NCBI GenBank assembly: GCA_902560725.1
Contig: CACEMR010000002.1
Location: forward strand, 66,706-130,705
DNA from: an uncultured Alphaproteobacteria bacterium
GTDB taxonomy: Bacteria > Pseudomonadota > Alphaproteobacteria > HIMB59 > GCA-002718135
DNA length: 64,000 nucleotides
Direction of reading: 5' to 3'
Shown: positions 36,074 through 45,508 of the stretch, one piece after another
How the letters are laid out: each line of letters begins with the position of its first letter
Position numbering within the stretch: the stretch's first letter is position 1
Notes under the pieces: model-generated
Databases searched by the model: none
The model's input: the letters and a program-made list of their open reading frames with translations, nothing else
What the model was told of the DNA's origin: nothing
Program-made: the position numbers and the translations under genes

Positions 36074-36147
36074 TAATTCCCCAAATTTTTAATTTTTTTT
36101 ATTAAAATTCATACGAAAGACATATTAATAACTATATATAGATCGAT

Positions 36148-36711
36148 ATGTTTATACAAACTGAACAAACACCCAATCCCCAAACATTAAAGTTTTTACC
36201 CGGTAAGGTTGTAATGGATGGTGGAACGGCTTTTTTTCAGAATAATAATGAAACATCAAATTCCCCATTTGCAAAAAGATTATTTGAAGTTGAGGGAGTA
36301 GAAGGTGTTTTTTTTGGCAGTGATTTTATAACAATCACAAAAAATCAATCACTTGATTGGCAAGTTATGAAGCCATTAATATTAGGATCCATAATGGATC
36401 ATTATAACTCAGGTCAAGAAACAATTATTAAAGACCAAAATAATGAAAATACGTCTCTTGCCAAAGATGAAAATGATTCAGACATAGTTAAGCAAATAAA
36501 AGAGTTACTTGATACAAGAGTTCGACCAGCGGTAGCAATGGATGGTGGAGATATTATTTATGATAGCTTCAAAGACGGAGTTGTATACCTTCAAATGCAG
36601 GGAGCGTGTTCAGGCTGTCCAAGTTCAACTGCAACTTTAAAAATGGGAATTGAAAATATGTTAAAACATTATGTTCCTGAAGTTCAAGAAGTAAGACCCA
36701 TAGATGCATAA
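36148..36711 (+). CDS. NifU/Nfu-type Fe-S cluster scaffold protein (Nfu_N + NifU C-terminal domain)
   Basis: MFIQTEQTPNPQTLKFLPG (Nfu_N domain) and the GACSGCPSS motif. Confidence 0.85.
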   Translation: MFIQTEQTPNPQTLKFLPGKVVMDGGTAFFQNNNETSNSPFAKRLFEVEGVEGVFFGSDFITITKNQSLDWQVMKPLILGSIMDHYNSGQETIIKDQNNENTSLAKDENDSDIVKQIKELLDTRVRPAVAMDGGDIIYDSFKDGVVYLQMQGACSGCPSSTATLKMGIENMLKHYVPEVQEVRPIDA

Positions 36712-37660
36712 ATTATTAAATTTTATTTGCTTACCTTTTTTTATCGCGGGCCTAATTTTTTTAAGTAACGGGTTACTTGGTTATAACTCTTACGAAATAT
36801 ACATTGAATCAAATACAAAAACTTCTAGTCAAATTAATAATTTATATTCAGAAAAAGAAATAACCTTGAAAGGTCCACCCGTTTCTGAAGTTCTAAGTGA
36901 TAAAATTTTCGTAAAAATAAGAAATAAACCAATTAACCCTATATTGATTTCAAATATTAAAATCAAAAACAATACTTTCGAAAATACATATCTTTCTGAT
37001 ACAGATTTTGATTATCTTAATTCTAATAAAAAAGAATTTGTTAAAGCTGTTCTCCCTATTATCATTAATGAAAATCAAAAGATTATTGTTACCAGAGAAT
37101 TTTTAAATGATTTAAAGATAAAATTACAAACCTTTAAAACTATCAATAACAATGAAATATCAAAACTTAATAAAATAGCTAAAAAATTTAATATTAAATA
37201 CTCAAATAAACATAAGCTCGATCTTATTGAAGAAATTTTAGCTAATGTTGATATAATACCTAATTCAATCGCTTTAGCTCAAGCTGCTATAGAAAGTGGT
37301 TGGGGTAAGTCTCGATTTGCGAAAGAGTATAATGCTCTTTTTGGAGAATATACATATGATCAAAATAAAGGTGTTGTCCCTCTTGAAAGAGAGCACGGTG
37401 ATAAACATCTCATAAAGTCATTTACCTCTTATAATAATAGTGTTTCATCTTATTTCAAAAATATTAACTCGCATAATGCTTATAAAGAGTTCAGAGATGT
37501 AAGAAATATAATGAGATCTAAAAATAATTTTTCAAATATTAGTTTGTTGTTGAATAAACTTAATTCATATGCCGAGGATAATAACTATGTTAGTAATTTA
37601 CATTTAGTTATTGAAAAAAATAATTTTAATAAATTTGACTCAAAAATTATTTCTTACTAA
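36704..37660 (+). CDS. Glucosaminidase-domain (Bax/FlgJ-like) peptidoglycan hydrolase
   Basis: N-terminal TM anchor. AQAAIESGWGKSRFAKEYNALFG is the N-acetylglucosaminidase family signature. Confidence 0.75.
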   Translation: MHKLLNFICLPFFIAGLIFLSNGLLGYNSYEIYIESNTKTSSQINNLYSEKEITLKGPPVSEVLSDKIFVKIRNKPINPILISNIKIKNNTFENTYLSDTDFDYLNSNKKEFVKAVLPIIINENQKIIVTREFLNDLKIKLQTFKTINNNEISKLNKIAKKFNIKYSNKHKLDLIEEILANVDIIPNSIALAQAAIESGWGKSRFAKEYNALFGEYTYDQNKGVVPLEREHGDKHLIKSFTSYNNSVSSYFKNINSHNAYKEFRDVRNIMRSKNNFSNISLLLNKLNSYAEDNNYVSNLHLVIEKNNFNKFDSKIISY

Positions 37661-37662
37661 TT

Positions 37663-38694
37663 TTAATAATAAAATTGGTGGCCAAACCACCTCCAGTTTC
37701 CTTGTGAGTCTTTTGCAGTACAGTTAATTCTAGATCTTCCCTTTGACAATTCTCTTTTTAATCTTATTTCAACTCTTTCATTAAATTTAAATATCTCTTT
37801 TTCAACTTGACCCTTCATGTCGAATATAAAACAATTTAAAGAAGTTGATAACCGTTCGTCTAATAGTGAGAAACCAATAAAAGGTGGATTTTCTTTTATC
37901 GTGGGACTTGTTGGAATAAAATCGTATACACCAAGACCTTTAGAAGATGCAGCAAATTTAACTCTATCTATTTCCCCATATTTTTCATTCAATGAAAAAC
38001 GAGGTAAATAATACATATTAGAAGTCTCATTGATTATTCCAGAGTGTTGGCCAAATGCCACTTTAAATTTGTAATTTTTAATTAAATTAATTATTTCATT
38101 ACTTGTTTCACCATATGGGTAAGCAAATAAAGATGGAATTTCTCCTAACTCTTTAAGAAAAATTTTATTTGATATTTCAATTTCTTTTTTTACTTCATCT
38201 ATTGATAAATCTGGCATGTGTGCATGTGTATGAGAATGTGCTCCTATAGTAACACCCTCTTCTTTAAGCTTTCTTATTTCATCCCAGTTCAAATAATTTT
38301 TATTATTATTTACAATTGTTCCCGTTGTAACAAATAGAGTTACAGGAATATTATTTTTTTTAAATAGCGGCCAAGCTACTTCAAAAAAAGATTCATCAGC
38401 ATCATCAATACTTATGCCTATTGTATTTTCAGGAAGATTAGCATCATTAATAATTGCATCAACTATAAAATTTAAAGGTAATATATTATATTTATCTTTC
38501 GTTAGTTCTGTAATGTGATTTTCTAGCTGGTTTATAGTAACACTAGTAGAGGGATATTTTGATACTCCAAACTTATGATACATGAAAACAGTAGCAGAAT
38601 TCTTTATATTTGCTGCATGAGAATAAGATAAAAACATTAAAATTAAAAAAATTGATTTTAATATTTGAAAGAAAATATATTTAAATAAACTCAT
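37663..38694 (-). CDS. Polysaccharide deacetylase (NodB-homology) family protein, secreted
   Basis: Signal peptide; SIDDADESF and GAHSHTHAH metal/catalytic motifs. Confidence 0.75.
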   Translation of the reverse strand: MSLFKYIFFQILKSIFLILMFLSYSHAANIKNSATVFMYHKFGVSKYPSTSVTINQLENHITELTKDKYNILPLNFIVDAIINDANLPENTIGISIDDADESFFEVAWPLFKKNNIPVTLFVTTGTIVNNNKNYLNWDEIRKLKEEGVTIGAHSHTHAHMPDLSIDEVKKEIEISNKIFLKELGEIPSLFAYPYGETSNEIINLIKNYKFKVAFGQHSGIINETSNMYYLPRFSLNEKYGEIDRVKFAASSKGLGVYDFIPTSPTIKENPPFIGFSLLDERLSTSLNCFIFDMKGQVEKEIFKFNERVEIRLKRELSKGRSRINCTAKDSQGNWRWFGHQFYY

Positions 38695-39309
38695 ATGCTT
38701 TTATTTTTAGATGTAATATCACCAATACCAGAATTTTTACTAATTGAAGACAACAAAGTAATACTTCAGAGAAAAATAATTAATAAAGAGTCAGATAAAT
38801 TAAGTGATAATATTTTTGAAATTTATATGCAAATCAATAATCACTATAATTTAGACCAAAAACTAAAAAAAATTTCAATTACTATTGGACCAGGTTCATA
38901 TACCAGTTTGAGAGTAGGAGCATCATTTGTGGCGGGTTTAACCATATCTAAAAAATTGTTATTTTACTCTTTTTCAATAGATGATATTTTTAAATTTGAA
39001 TTGAATAATCAAAATAATAATAATGCTGGAATATATATTAATTCTGCAAACAACCAGAATTTCATGTGTATTTTAGATAATAACAATAAAATTCATTATT
39101 ATAAATTAGAAGATGACAATTTTGTATTACCTGAAAATATAAATACAATTTTATATAATGAAAAAAAACTAGATTTATCTGATAAAAATATAGAACAATT
39201 TAAATTTAGTTTTGCTGAAAATTTATTTCAAAATTATAAAAGATTAGATTTTTCTCTGAATCAAATAGTCAAACCGATATACATATCAAATAATAAAATA
39301 CTAAATTGA
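38695..39309 (+). CDS. tsaB: tRNA t6A biosynthesis protein TsaB (YeaZ)
   Basis: GPGSYTSLRVG motif, followed by rimI as in many bacteria. Highly N/K-rich and divergent. Confidence 0.7.
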   Translation: MLLFLDVISPIPEFLLIEDNKVILQRKIINKESDKLSDNIFEIYMQINNHYNLDQKLKKISITIGPGSYTSLRVGASFVAGLTISKKLLFYSFSIDDIFKFELNNQNNNNAGIYINSANNQNFMCILDNNNKIHYYKLEDDNFVLPENINTILYNEKKLDLSDKNIEQFKFSFAENLFQNYKRLDFSLNQIVKPIYISNNKILN

Positions 39310-39779
39310 ATAATATAAAAAAACTTAATTTTGATGATTTAAAATTATTAAATATATTTATTTCACAAGAAGAACAGTTTAATAATTTTTTTAACCTAGG
39401 ATGGAATTTTCAAAATATTGAAAATCATTTCAAAAAAGAAAATAATTTATCATTTGGATATTTTTATAAAAATATTTTATGTGGTATTTTAATTGGAGAA
39501 ACAATCCCAAATAACAATAATCTCGACTTAGAAATTCATATAATGTTTATTTCTTCAAGTTTTAGGAGAAAAAATTTTGGGTCAAATATTTTAAATCATA
39601 TACAAACTAATAAAAATTTAACAAATATTTCACAAATATACCTTGAGGTCGCAGAGAATAACTTAAAAGCAATTAAATTTTATGAAAAAAACAACTTTGT
39701 TTTTTTTAAAATAAGGCCTAATTATTATAATGATAAAACCAATATTATTAACGCAAGATGTTATTTAAAACAAATCTAA
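39306..39779 (+). CDS. rimI: GNAT acetyltransferase, probable ribosomal-protein-alanine acetyltransferase RimI
   Basis: GNAT acetyl-CoA motif region (FRRKNFGSNIL). TTG start overlaps the tsaB stop. Position downstream of tsaB. Confidence 0.6.
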   Translation: MNNIKKLNFDDLKLLNIFISQEEQFNNFFNLGWNFQNIENHFKKENNLSFGYFYKNILCGILIGETIPNNNNLDLEIHIMFISSSFRRKNFGSNILNHIQTNKNLTNISQIYLEVAENNLKAIKFYEKNNFVFFKIRPNYYNDKTNIINARCYLKQI

Positions 39780-39782
39780 ATT

Positions 39783-41084
39783 ATGACAGATAAATTTTTA
39801 TTTATTAAATCATATGGATGCCAAATGAATGTCTATGATAGCGATCGAATGAAAGATCTTTTCATAAATAAAGGCTATAAAATTACAAACGATATTTCAA
39901 AAGCAAATTTAACAATTTTAAATACATGCCATATCCGAGAAAAGGCTGTACAAAAAGTTTACTCTGATATTGGGAGAATAAAAAAATTAAAAAACGACAA
40001 AAAAAATATGAAGTTAGTTGTTGCAGGATGTGTAGCTCAAGCAGAGGGTATTGAAATTAAGAAAAGAGCCCCTACGGTTGATTTTGTTGTTGGTCCACAA
40101 TCTTATCATAAATTACCTGATATGATTAATAAGATTGAAGAGCCTTTGAATAGTGATTTTTTACAAAATGAGAAATTTAAAAATCTAATTTATAATTCTT
40201 CAAAAATTTCCTCAGAATTTATATCTATACAAGAAGGATGTGATAAGTTTTGTTCTTTTTGTGTTGTTCCTTATACAAGAGGTCCAGAATTTTCCCGTCC
40301 AATTGATGATATAATTAATGAAACAAAAAAATATTTATCGAATGGTGTAAAAGAAATAATTTTATTAGGTCAAAATGTGAATGCCTACCATGGAAATTCA
40401 ACTGATGGTAAATCGCGTGATTTATCATACCTTATAAATACAATTGCCGAAATAGATGAGGTTAAAAGAATTAGATACATGACTTCTCACCCAATCGATA
40501 TGACAGACTCACTAATTAAAGTACATGCATCGAATCCAAAACTAATGCCTTTTTTACATTTACCAATTCAATCTGGATCCGATTCAATATTAAAAAAAAT
40601 GAATAGGAAACATACTGTAAGTGATTATCTTAAAATTGTAGATAAAATTAGAACGATTAGACCAGACATTGCTATCTCCTCTGATTTCATAGTAGGGTTT
40701 CCGGATGAAACAGATGAAGATTTTGAAAAAACAATGAAATTTATTGAAAAAGTAAATTTTGTTATAGCTTATTCATTTACATACAGCCCTAGACCAGGGA
40801 CTCCAGCACAGCACAAAGATAATATTGATCAATCTATTAAAAAGGCCAGGTTATCTGCTTTGCAATCATTACTAACTGAACAACAACTTAATTATAATAA
40901 ATCATTCATCAATAAGGATATGGAAGTATTATTTGAAAAGGAAGGAAGATATAAAAATCAATTTATTGGAAGAACGATATATAATCAAAGCACTTTTATA
41001 GAATCAAATGAAAAAATTTTAAATAAAATTTTGAAAGTTAAAATAACAAATTCAACAAATTTTGCATTAGAATGTCAGATTTAA
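39783..41084 (+). CDS. miaB: tRNA-2-methylthio-N6-dimethylallyladenosine synthase
   Basis: UPF0004 Cys (YGCQMNVYDS), the radical-SAM motif CDKFCSFC, and a TRAM C-terminus. Confidence 0.9.
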   Translation: MTDKFLFIKSYGCQMNVYDSDRMKDLFINKGYKITNDISKANLTILNTCHIREKAVQKVYSDIGRIKKLKNDKKNMKLVVAGCVAQAEGIEIKKRAPTVDFVVGPQSYHKLPDMINKIEEPLNSDFLQNEKFKNLIYNSSKISSEFISIQEGCDKFCSFCVVPYTRGPEFSRPIDDIINETKKYLSNGVKEIILLGQNVNAYHGNSTDGKSRDLSYLINTIAEIDEVKRIRYMTSHPIDMTDSLIKVHASNPKLMPFLHLPIQSGSDSILKKMNRKHTVSDYLKIVDKIRTIRPDIAISSDFIVGFPDETDEDFEKTMKFIEKVNFVIAYSFTYSPRPGTPAQHKDNIDQSIKKARLSALQSLLTEQQLNYNKSFINKDMEVLFEKEGRYKNQFIGRTIYNQSTFIESNEKILNKILKVKITNSTNFALECQI

Positions 41085-42034
41085 TAAATAAGGTTGATAA
41101 TTTAGAAATAGAGCTTGATGATAATACAATTTTGAGTAATTTATTTGGTGTAAATGACTCTAATTTACAAATTATTGAAAAAATAAATGATGTAAGTATA
41201 CAATATCGTGGTAATAAAATTAAAATATCTGGAAATAAAAAGTCGATTTTTGAGACGAAGAAAACTATTTTAGACTTATTCAAAGAAGCTAAAAAAGGTG
41301 CTGAAATAGATGAAGATAAAATAAGGGATAGTAAAAGTTTAATTACAATGAATATTAAAGAAGAAAAACAAATGGATCTTTTTATTCAAACTAAAAAAAG
41401 GAAAATTGTCCCAAGAACAGAAAATCAAAATATATATTTTAAACTCCTAAATTCAAAGAACATTGTTTTTGCTGTAGGCCCTGCTGGTACCGGAAAAACA
41501 TACATTGCGGTAGCAAAAGCAGTATCAGCACTCCAAGAAGGAAGGGTAAATAAAATAATTTTATCAAGACCAGCTGTAGAAGCTGGAGAAAAGCTAGGCT
41601 TTCTTCCAGGCGATCTAAAAGAAAAAGTAGATCCTTTCTTAAGACCAATTTATGATGCTTTATATTCCATGCTTCCATTCGAACAGGTAGAAAAGAAAAT
41701 ATTAAATAATACAATTGAAATAGCGCCTATAGCTTTTATGCGAGGAAGAACACTTGAGGATTGCTTTATCATTCTTGATGAAGCGCAAAACACAACAAGA
41801 ACTCAAATGAAAATGTTTTTAACTAGGTTGGGTAAAAATAGCCAAATGGTGGTTGTAGGTGATGTAACACAAATTGATTTAGTTAGTGAGAAAGAGTCTG
41901 GTTTAATGGATGCTTTAAAAAAATTAAAAAAAATAAATGATATCGGTTTTATAGAATTAGTCGAAAAAGACGTTGTAAGACATGACTTAGTAAAAAAAAT
42001 TATCAATGCATATGACAAAGACAGTAAAAGTTGA
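41072..42034 (+). CDS. ybeZ: PhoH-like ATPase (YbeZ)
   Basis: Walker A GPAGTGKTY and ILDEAQN. Lies in the conserved miaB-phoH-ybeY-corC-lnt operon context. Confidence 0.9.
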   Translation: MSDLINKVDNLEIELDDNTILSNLFGVNDSNLQIIEKINDVSIQYRGNKIKISGNKKSIFETKKTILDLFKEAKKGAEIDEDKIRDSKSLITMNIKEEKQMDLFIQTKKRKIVPRTENQNIYFKLLNSKNIVFAVGPAGTGKTYIAVAKAVSALQEGRVNKIILSRPAVEAGEKLGFLPGDLKEKVDPFLRPIYDALYSMLPFEQVEKKILNNTIEIAPIAFMRGRTLEDCFIILDEAQNTTRTQMKMFLTRLGKNSQMVVVGDVTQIDLVSEKESGLMDALKKLKKINDIGFIELVEKDVVRHDLVKKIINAYDKDSKS

Positions 42035-42485
42035 TTTTTTTTGTGACTCTAAAAAATGGCCAAGAAGAGTACCAAAAATAAAAAAAATTACTAAAAAAAC
42101 TATACAAAATATGCAAAGTTACTTCAAAAAAAATTGCTTATTTAGTATAAATTTAATCCTATCTGAAAAAAAAAGGATAACTAAATTAAATAAAAAATAC
42201 AAAAATAAATTCAAAGACACTGATGTATTAACTTTTGTTTCAAATATTTCAAATAAAAAACTTGGAAAAACTCTGTATTGTGATATCTTTTTCTCAATCG
42301 ATACTATAGAAAAATTTATTAAAAAAAATAATGTAAATATATATAATCATTTCAATCATTTACTAGTTCATAGTGTTCTACATATAAATGGATATAAACA
42401 TAATAACCTTAAACAATTTAAAAAAATGAAAGAAGAAGAAATTAAAATTTTAAAAGAGATTGGTGTAAATAACCCATATTTATAA
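42006..42485 (+). CDS. ybeY: rRNA maturation endoribonuclease YbeY
   Basis: Zn motif HSVLHINGYKH (HxxxHxxGxxH). The start overlaps the 3' end of phoH by 29 nt; an ATG at 42012 is an alternative. Confidence 0.85.
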   Translation: MHMTKTVKVDFFCDSKKWPRRVPKIKKITKKTIQNMQSYFKKNCLFSINLILSEKKRITKLNKKYKNKFKDTDVLTFVSNISNKKLGKTLYCDIFFSIDTIEKFIKKNNVNIYNHFNHLLVHSVLHINGYKHNNLKQFKKMKEEEIKILKEIGVNNPYL

Positions 42486-42487
42486 CC

Positions 42488-43333
42488 ATGAACAATAACA
42501 CAGATAAATCATATAATTGGAAGAATTGGATTATAAAAAAATTATTATCCAATGACTCTACTAAAGAAGATATATTAAATTTTATTGCAAATGAAACTAA
42601 TGACAAAAGGTTAACTGATTACGATGAAAATAATGAAAAAAATCTAATAAAAAATATTTTACAGCTAAATGAGAAAAGTGTTGAAGATTTAATGGTTCCT
42701 AGAAGTGAAATTATTGCTGTTGATCATTCCCAAACTTATTCTGATATATTGGAATTAATAAAAGAGGAAAGCCACTCTAGAATGCCAGTTTATAAAACTA
42801 ATATTGATAATGTAGTTGGTTTTTTTCATATTAAAGACTTTATAAAGACACCTAAAACAAATTTTAATATAGATAGTATATTGCGAGAAGCTTTATTTGT
42901 TGCTCCTAAATCACCTATTTTAGACTTACTAAAAAGAATGCGTTCTTCCAGAATACATATTGGACTTGTCGTTGACGGTGTTGGAGGTGTTGATGGTTTG
43001 GTAACTATTGAGGATTTAGTTGAAGAAATTGTTGGAGATATAGAGGATGAGCACGATGCAGAGGATGTTGACGAATTGATTTTTAATAAAACAAAAAGTT
43101 CAATTACAGTTAATGCTAGTTACAGAATAGATGATCTTGAAAAATATTTTAATATAAAAATTTCAATACCTCAAGATGATGAAATATTTACAGTTGGTGG
43201 ACTTGTTTACTCTAAAATAAATAGAATACCTAAAAATAATGAAATTATTAAGATAGAAAATGATTTAACTATTAAAATAATTAAATCAAATAATAGAAAA
43301 ATTGAAACCGTTGAAATAAAAAGAAATAATTGA
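42488..43333 (+). CDS. corC: CBS-pair/CorC_HlyC domain protein (CorC/YbeX)
   Basis: Tandem CBS domains and the transporter-associated C-terminal domain (TIEDLVEEIVGDIEDEHD). Confidence 0.85.
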   Translation: MNNNTDKSYNWKNWIIKKLLSNDSTKEDILNFIANETNDKRLTDYDENNEKNLIKNILQLNEKSVEDLMVPRSEIIAVDHSQTYSDILELIKEESHSRMPVYKTNIDNVVGFFHIKDFIKTPKTNFNIDSILREALFVAPKSPILDLLKRMRSSRIHIGLVVDGVGGVDGLVTIEDLVEEIVGDIEDEHDAEDVDELIFNKTKSSITVNASYRIDDLEKYFNIKISIPQDDEIFTVGGLVYSKINRIPKNNEIIKIENDLTIKIIKSNNRKIETVEIKRNN

Positions 43334-44778
43334 ATATTTTAATTTTTTTAATACTTGGTTTTCTCACTTCTATATTATTTCCTCCATATTTTTTTTTACC
43401 ATTAGGTTTTATTATTTTCCCTTTTTTATGTTTGATTATAGAGAAAAATTTAAAAAAATTAAATAATACGCAATCAATTTTATATAGTTTTTCTTTTGCA
43501 TTTGCTTTTTTTATTAGTTTACTTTTTTGGTTAAAAAACCCATTTTTTGTATTTGAAGAAACAAAAAATTTTTTTTTAATTTCAGTATTTCTAATAATTC
43601 TATTATCTTTAATTTTTAGTGTAATTTTTTTTATTTTTTTGCGTTTCAATAAATTTATACCTACTTTATTTCTAGTACCTATTATATTTATTAGTTTTGA
43701 ATTTATTATTTCAATTATTTTATATGGATTTCCTTGGATAAGTTTTTCACTGATAATTTCAAGTAATGATTATTTAATTCTACTTCCTAAATATTTTGGC
43801 ACTTTGTTAACTAGCTATTTACTTTTACAAGCATATTGCTTACCTTATATTTTCCTTCAAAAGAAAATTAATTACTACGAATTAAGAAATTTTTTAATTA
43901 TTCTAATACCTCCTATAATCATATTAATCTTTTCAAATATTTTATTTAATCAAAATGATAAGGATTATACAAAAAAAATTGATATTGAGATTTTTCAATT
44001 AAACTTCAAAAATAATATTAAAGTTAACTCTTCTGAAAGATTAGATACAATTATAGATTATGTAAAAAATAGTAGTTCAGAACTTTTAATTTTTGCAGAA
44101 AATAATTATCCTTTTTTGATTAAAGATGTTAGATTTAATAAAATTCAGAATTTTATCAAAGAAGGGCAAACTGTAATAATTGGAGGATCAAGATTAGAAA
44201 CAAACAAATACTATAATACATTACTCAATATTTCTTCTTCTAAAATTTCATATTTTGATAAAAAAATATTAGTTCCATTTGGAGAATTTTTGCCTTTTAG
44301 AAATTTTTTAAGTTTTTTAGATATAATATCTGGTCCAGAAGATTTTTCTTCGGGTGTTCAAGATAGAATAATTAATATCAATAAAAAATTAAATTATATA
44401 CCGGTGATATGTTATGAAATTATTTTTTATTGGAAAATAATAAACAATAAAAATATAAATAGTGATTTTATAGTAAATATAACTAATGATACTTGGTTTG
44501 GAAAATATTTAGGACCCTATCAACACTTTTATTTTTCTAAACTTAGAGCCTCTGAATTTAATAAACCAATTATAAGAGTATCTAATAATGGTATATCTGG
44601 AATAATCAATTCAGACGGTAAGATAATATCTTTTATAGAATTAAATAAAAGCAGATCAATTAGACTCAATATTAATTTTAAAGATAATAATAAATATTAT
44701 AAAATGCATTATTACTTAAATATTTATTTTTTAATTATTTTGTTATTACTCGCTGTTCCTAATTTTAGAAATAAATGA
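43330..44778 (+). CDS. lnt: Apolipoprotein N-acyltransferase
   Basis: Multi-TM N-terminus plus a CN-hydrolase domain (ICYEIIF with catalytic Cys, NITNDTWFG). TTG start overlaps the corC stop. Confidence 0.8.
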   Translation: MNILIFLILGFLTSILFPPYFFLPLGFIIFPFLCLIIEKNLKKLNNTQSILYSFSFAFAFFISLLFWLKNPFFVFEETKNFFLISVFLIILLSLIFSVIFFIFLRFNKFIPTLFLVPIIFISFEFIISIILYGFPWISFSLIISSNDYLILLPKYFGTLLTSYLLLQAYCLPYIFLQKKINYYELRNFLIILIPPIIILIFSNILFNQNDKDYTKKIDIEIFQLNFKNNIKVNSSERLDTIIDYVKNSSSELLIFAENNYPFLIKDVRFNKIQNFIKEGQTVIIGGSRLETNKYYNTLLNISSSKISYFDKKILVPFGEFLPFRNFLSFLDIISGPEDFSSGVQDRIININKKLNYIPVICYEIIFYWKIINNKNINSDFIVNITNDTWFGKYLGPYQHFYFSKLRASEFNKPIIRVSNNGISGIINSDGKIISFIELNKSRSIRLNINFKDNNKYYKMHYYLNIYFLIILLLLAVPNFRNK

Positions 44779-45434
44779 CAACTAACAAATTTAAAAATAG
44801 ATTATTTGGTAGAACAAGGGGAAGAAGTAAAAAAAAGATAGATATTAAAAATTATCTCTCGAAGCTTGAAAAATATAAACTTCCAAAATTTGATAAAAAT
44901 ATAAATTATATTTTAGATATCGGTACTGGCTATGGAGAAACAAGTATTTATTTATCAAAGTATTTTCCAAATAGTATAATAATTTCTTGTGAAAAATATA
45001 TAGATGGTAACTTAAATCTTTTACAAAAAATAGATACTAATAGAATTAAAAATATATTCTTACATCCTGGTAATGTTCTTGAAATATTTGAGAACAATAT
45101 CAAGCAACAATACTTCGAGAAGGTTTGGATTTTTTTCCCTGATCCTTGGCCCAAAAAAAAACATTTTAAAAGAAGATTAATTAATGTTGATTTTTTGAAA
45201 ACAATATATCCATTCATTAAAAATCATGGACAAATATCTATCGTAACAGATTCAACTTCTTATTATCGATTTATTATTAAAACTATATTTAATTCCAAAA
45301 AACAATACATATGGAAAAATCAGCATACATCACATTTGAATTTTAAAGATTATTATAGCTTTGAGACAAAATATTATAAAAAGGCGATTATTTCTTCAAG
45401 AAAACCTTCCTTATTAATTTTAGAAAAAATATAG
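44775..45434 (+). CDS. trmB: tRNA (guanine-N7)-methyltransferase
   Basis: LDIGTGYGE SAM motif and IFFPDPWPKKKHFKRR, the TrmB hallmark. ATGA overlap with lnt. Confidence 0.9.
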   Translation: MTTNKFKNRLFGRTRGRSKKKIDIKNYLSKLEKYKLPKFDKNINYILDIGTGYGETSIYLSKYFPNSIIISCEKYIDGNLNLLQKIDTNRIKNIFLHPGNVLEIFENNIKQQYFEKVWIFFPDPWPKKKHFKRRLINVDFLKTIYPFIKNHGQISIVTDSTSYYRFIIKTIFNSKKQYIWKNQHTSHLNFKDYYSFETKYYKKAIISSRKPSLLILEKI

Positions 45435-45476
45435 GCTTGTATTTTTATTATTTTTTAATATAGGGAACCTAATAAT

Positions 45477-45502
45477 AAGGTGGGTTTTCCCACCTTTTTT
45501 TT
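45477..45502 (+). terminator. Intrinsic terminator hairpin / possible nusA leader attenuator
   Basis: aaggtggg-tttt-cccacctt (8-bp stem) followed by a T-run. It ends 6 nt before the nusA ATG. Confidence 0.65.
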
Positions 45503-45508
45503 ATAAAT

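Noticed and set aside
41072-42034. phoH as part of the phosphorus-stress system
   Set aside because: It lies 8 kb outside the P block, in the universally conserved miaB-phoH(ybeZ)-ybeY-corC-lnt operon. The name is historical, and its role is linked to YbeY/rRNA maturation.
43281-43649. 122-aa K-rich minus-strand ORF
   Set aside because: It is antisense to the corC/lnt junction in about 20% GC DNA. A poly-K/N/I translation is what AT-rich antisense frames yield. The lnt reading frame on the + strand has the conserved membrane N-terminus.
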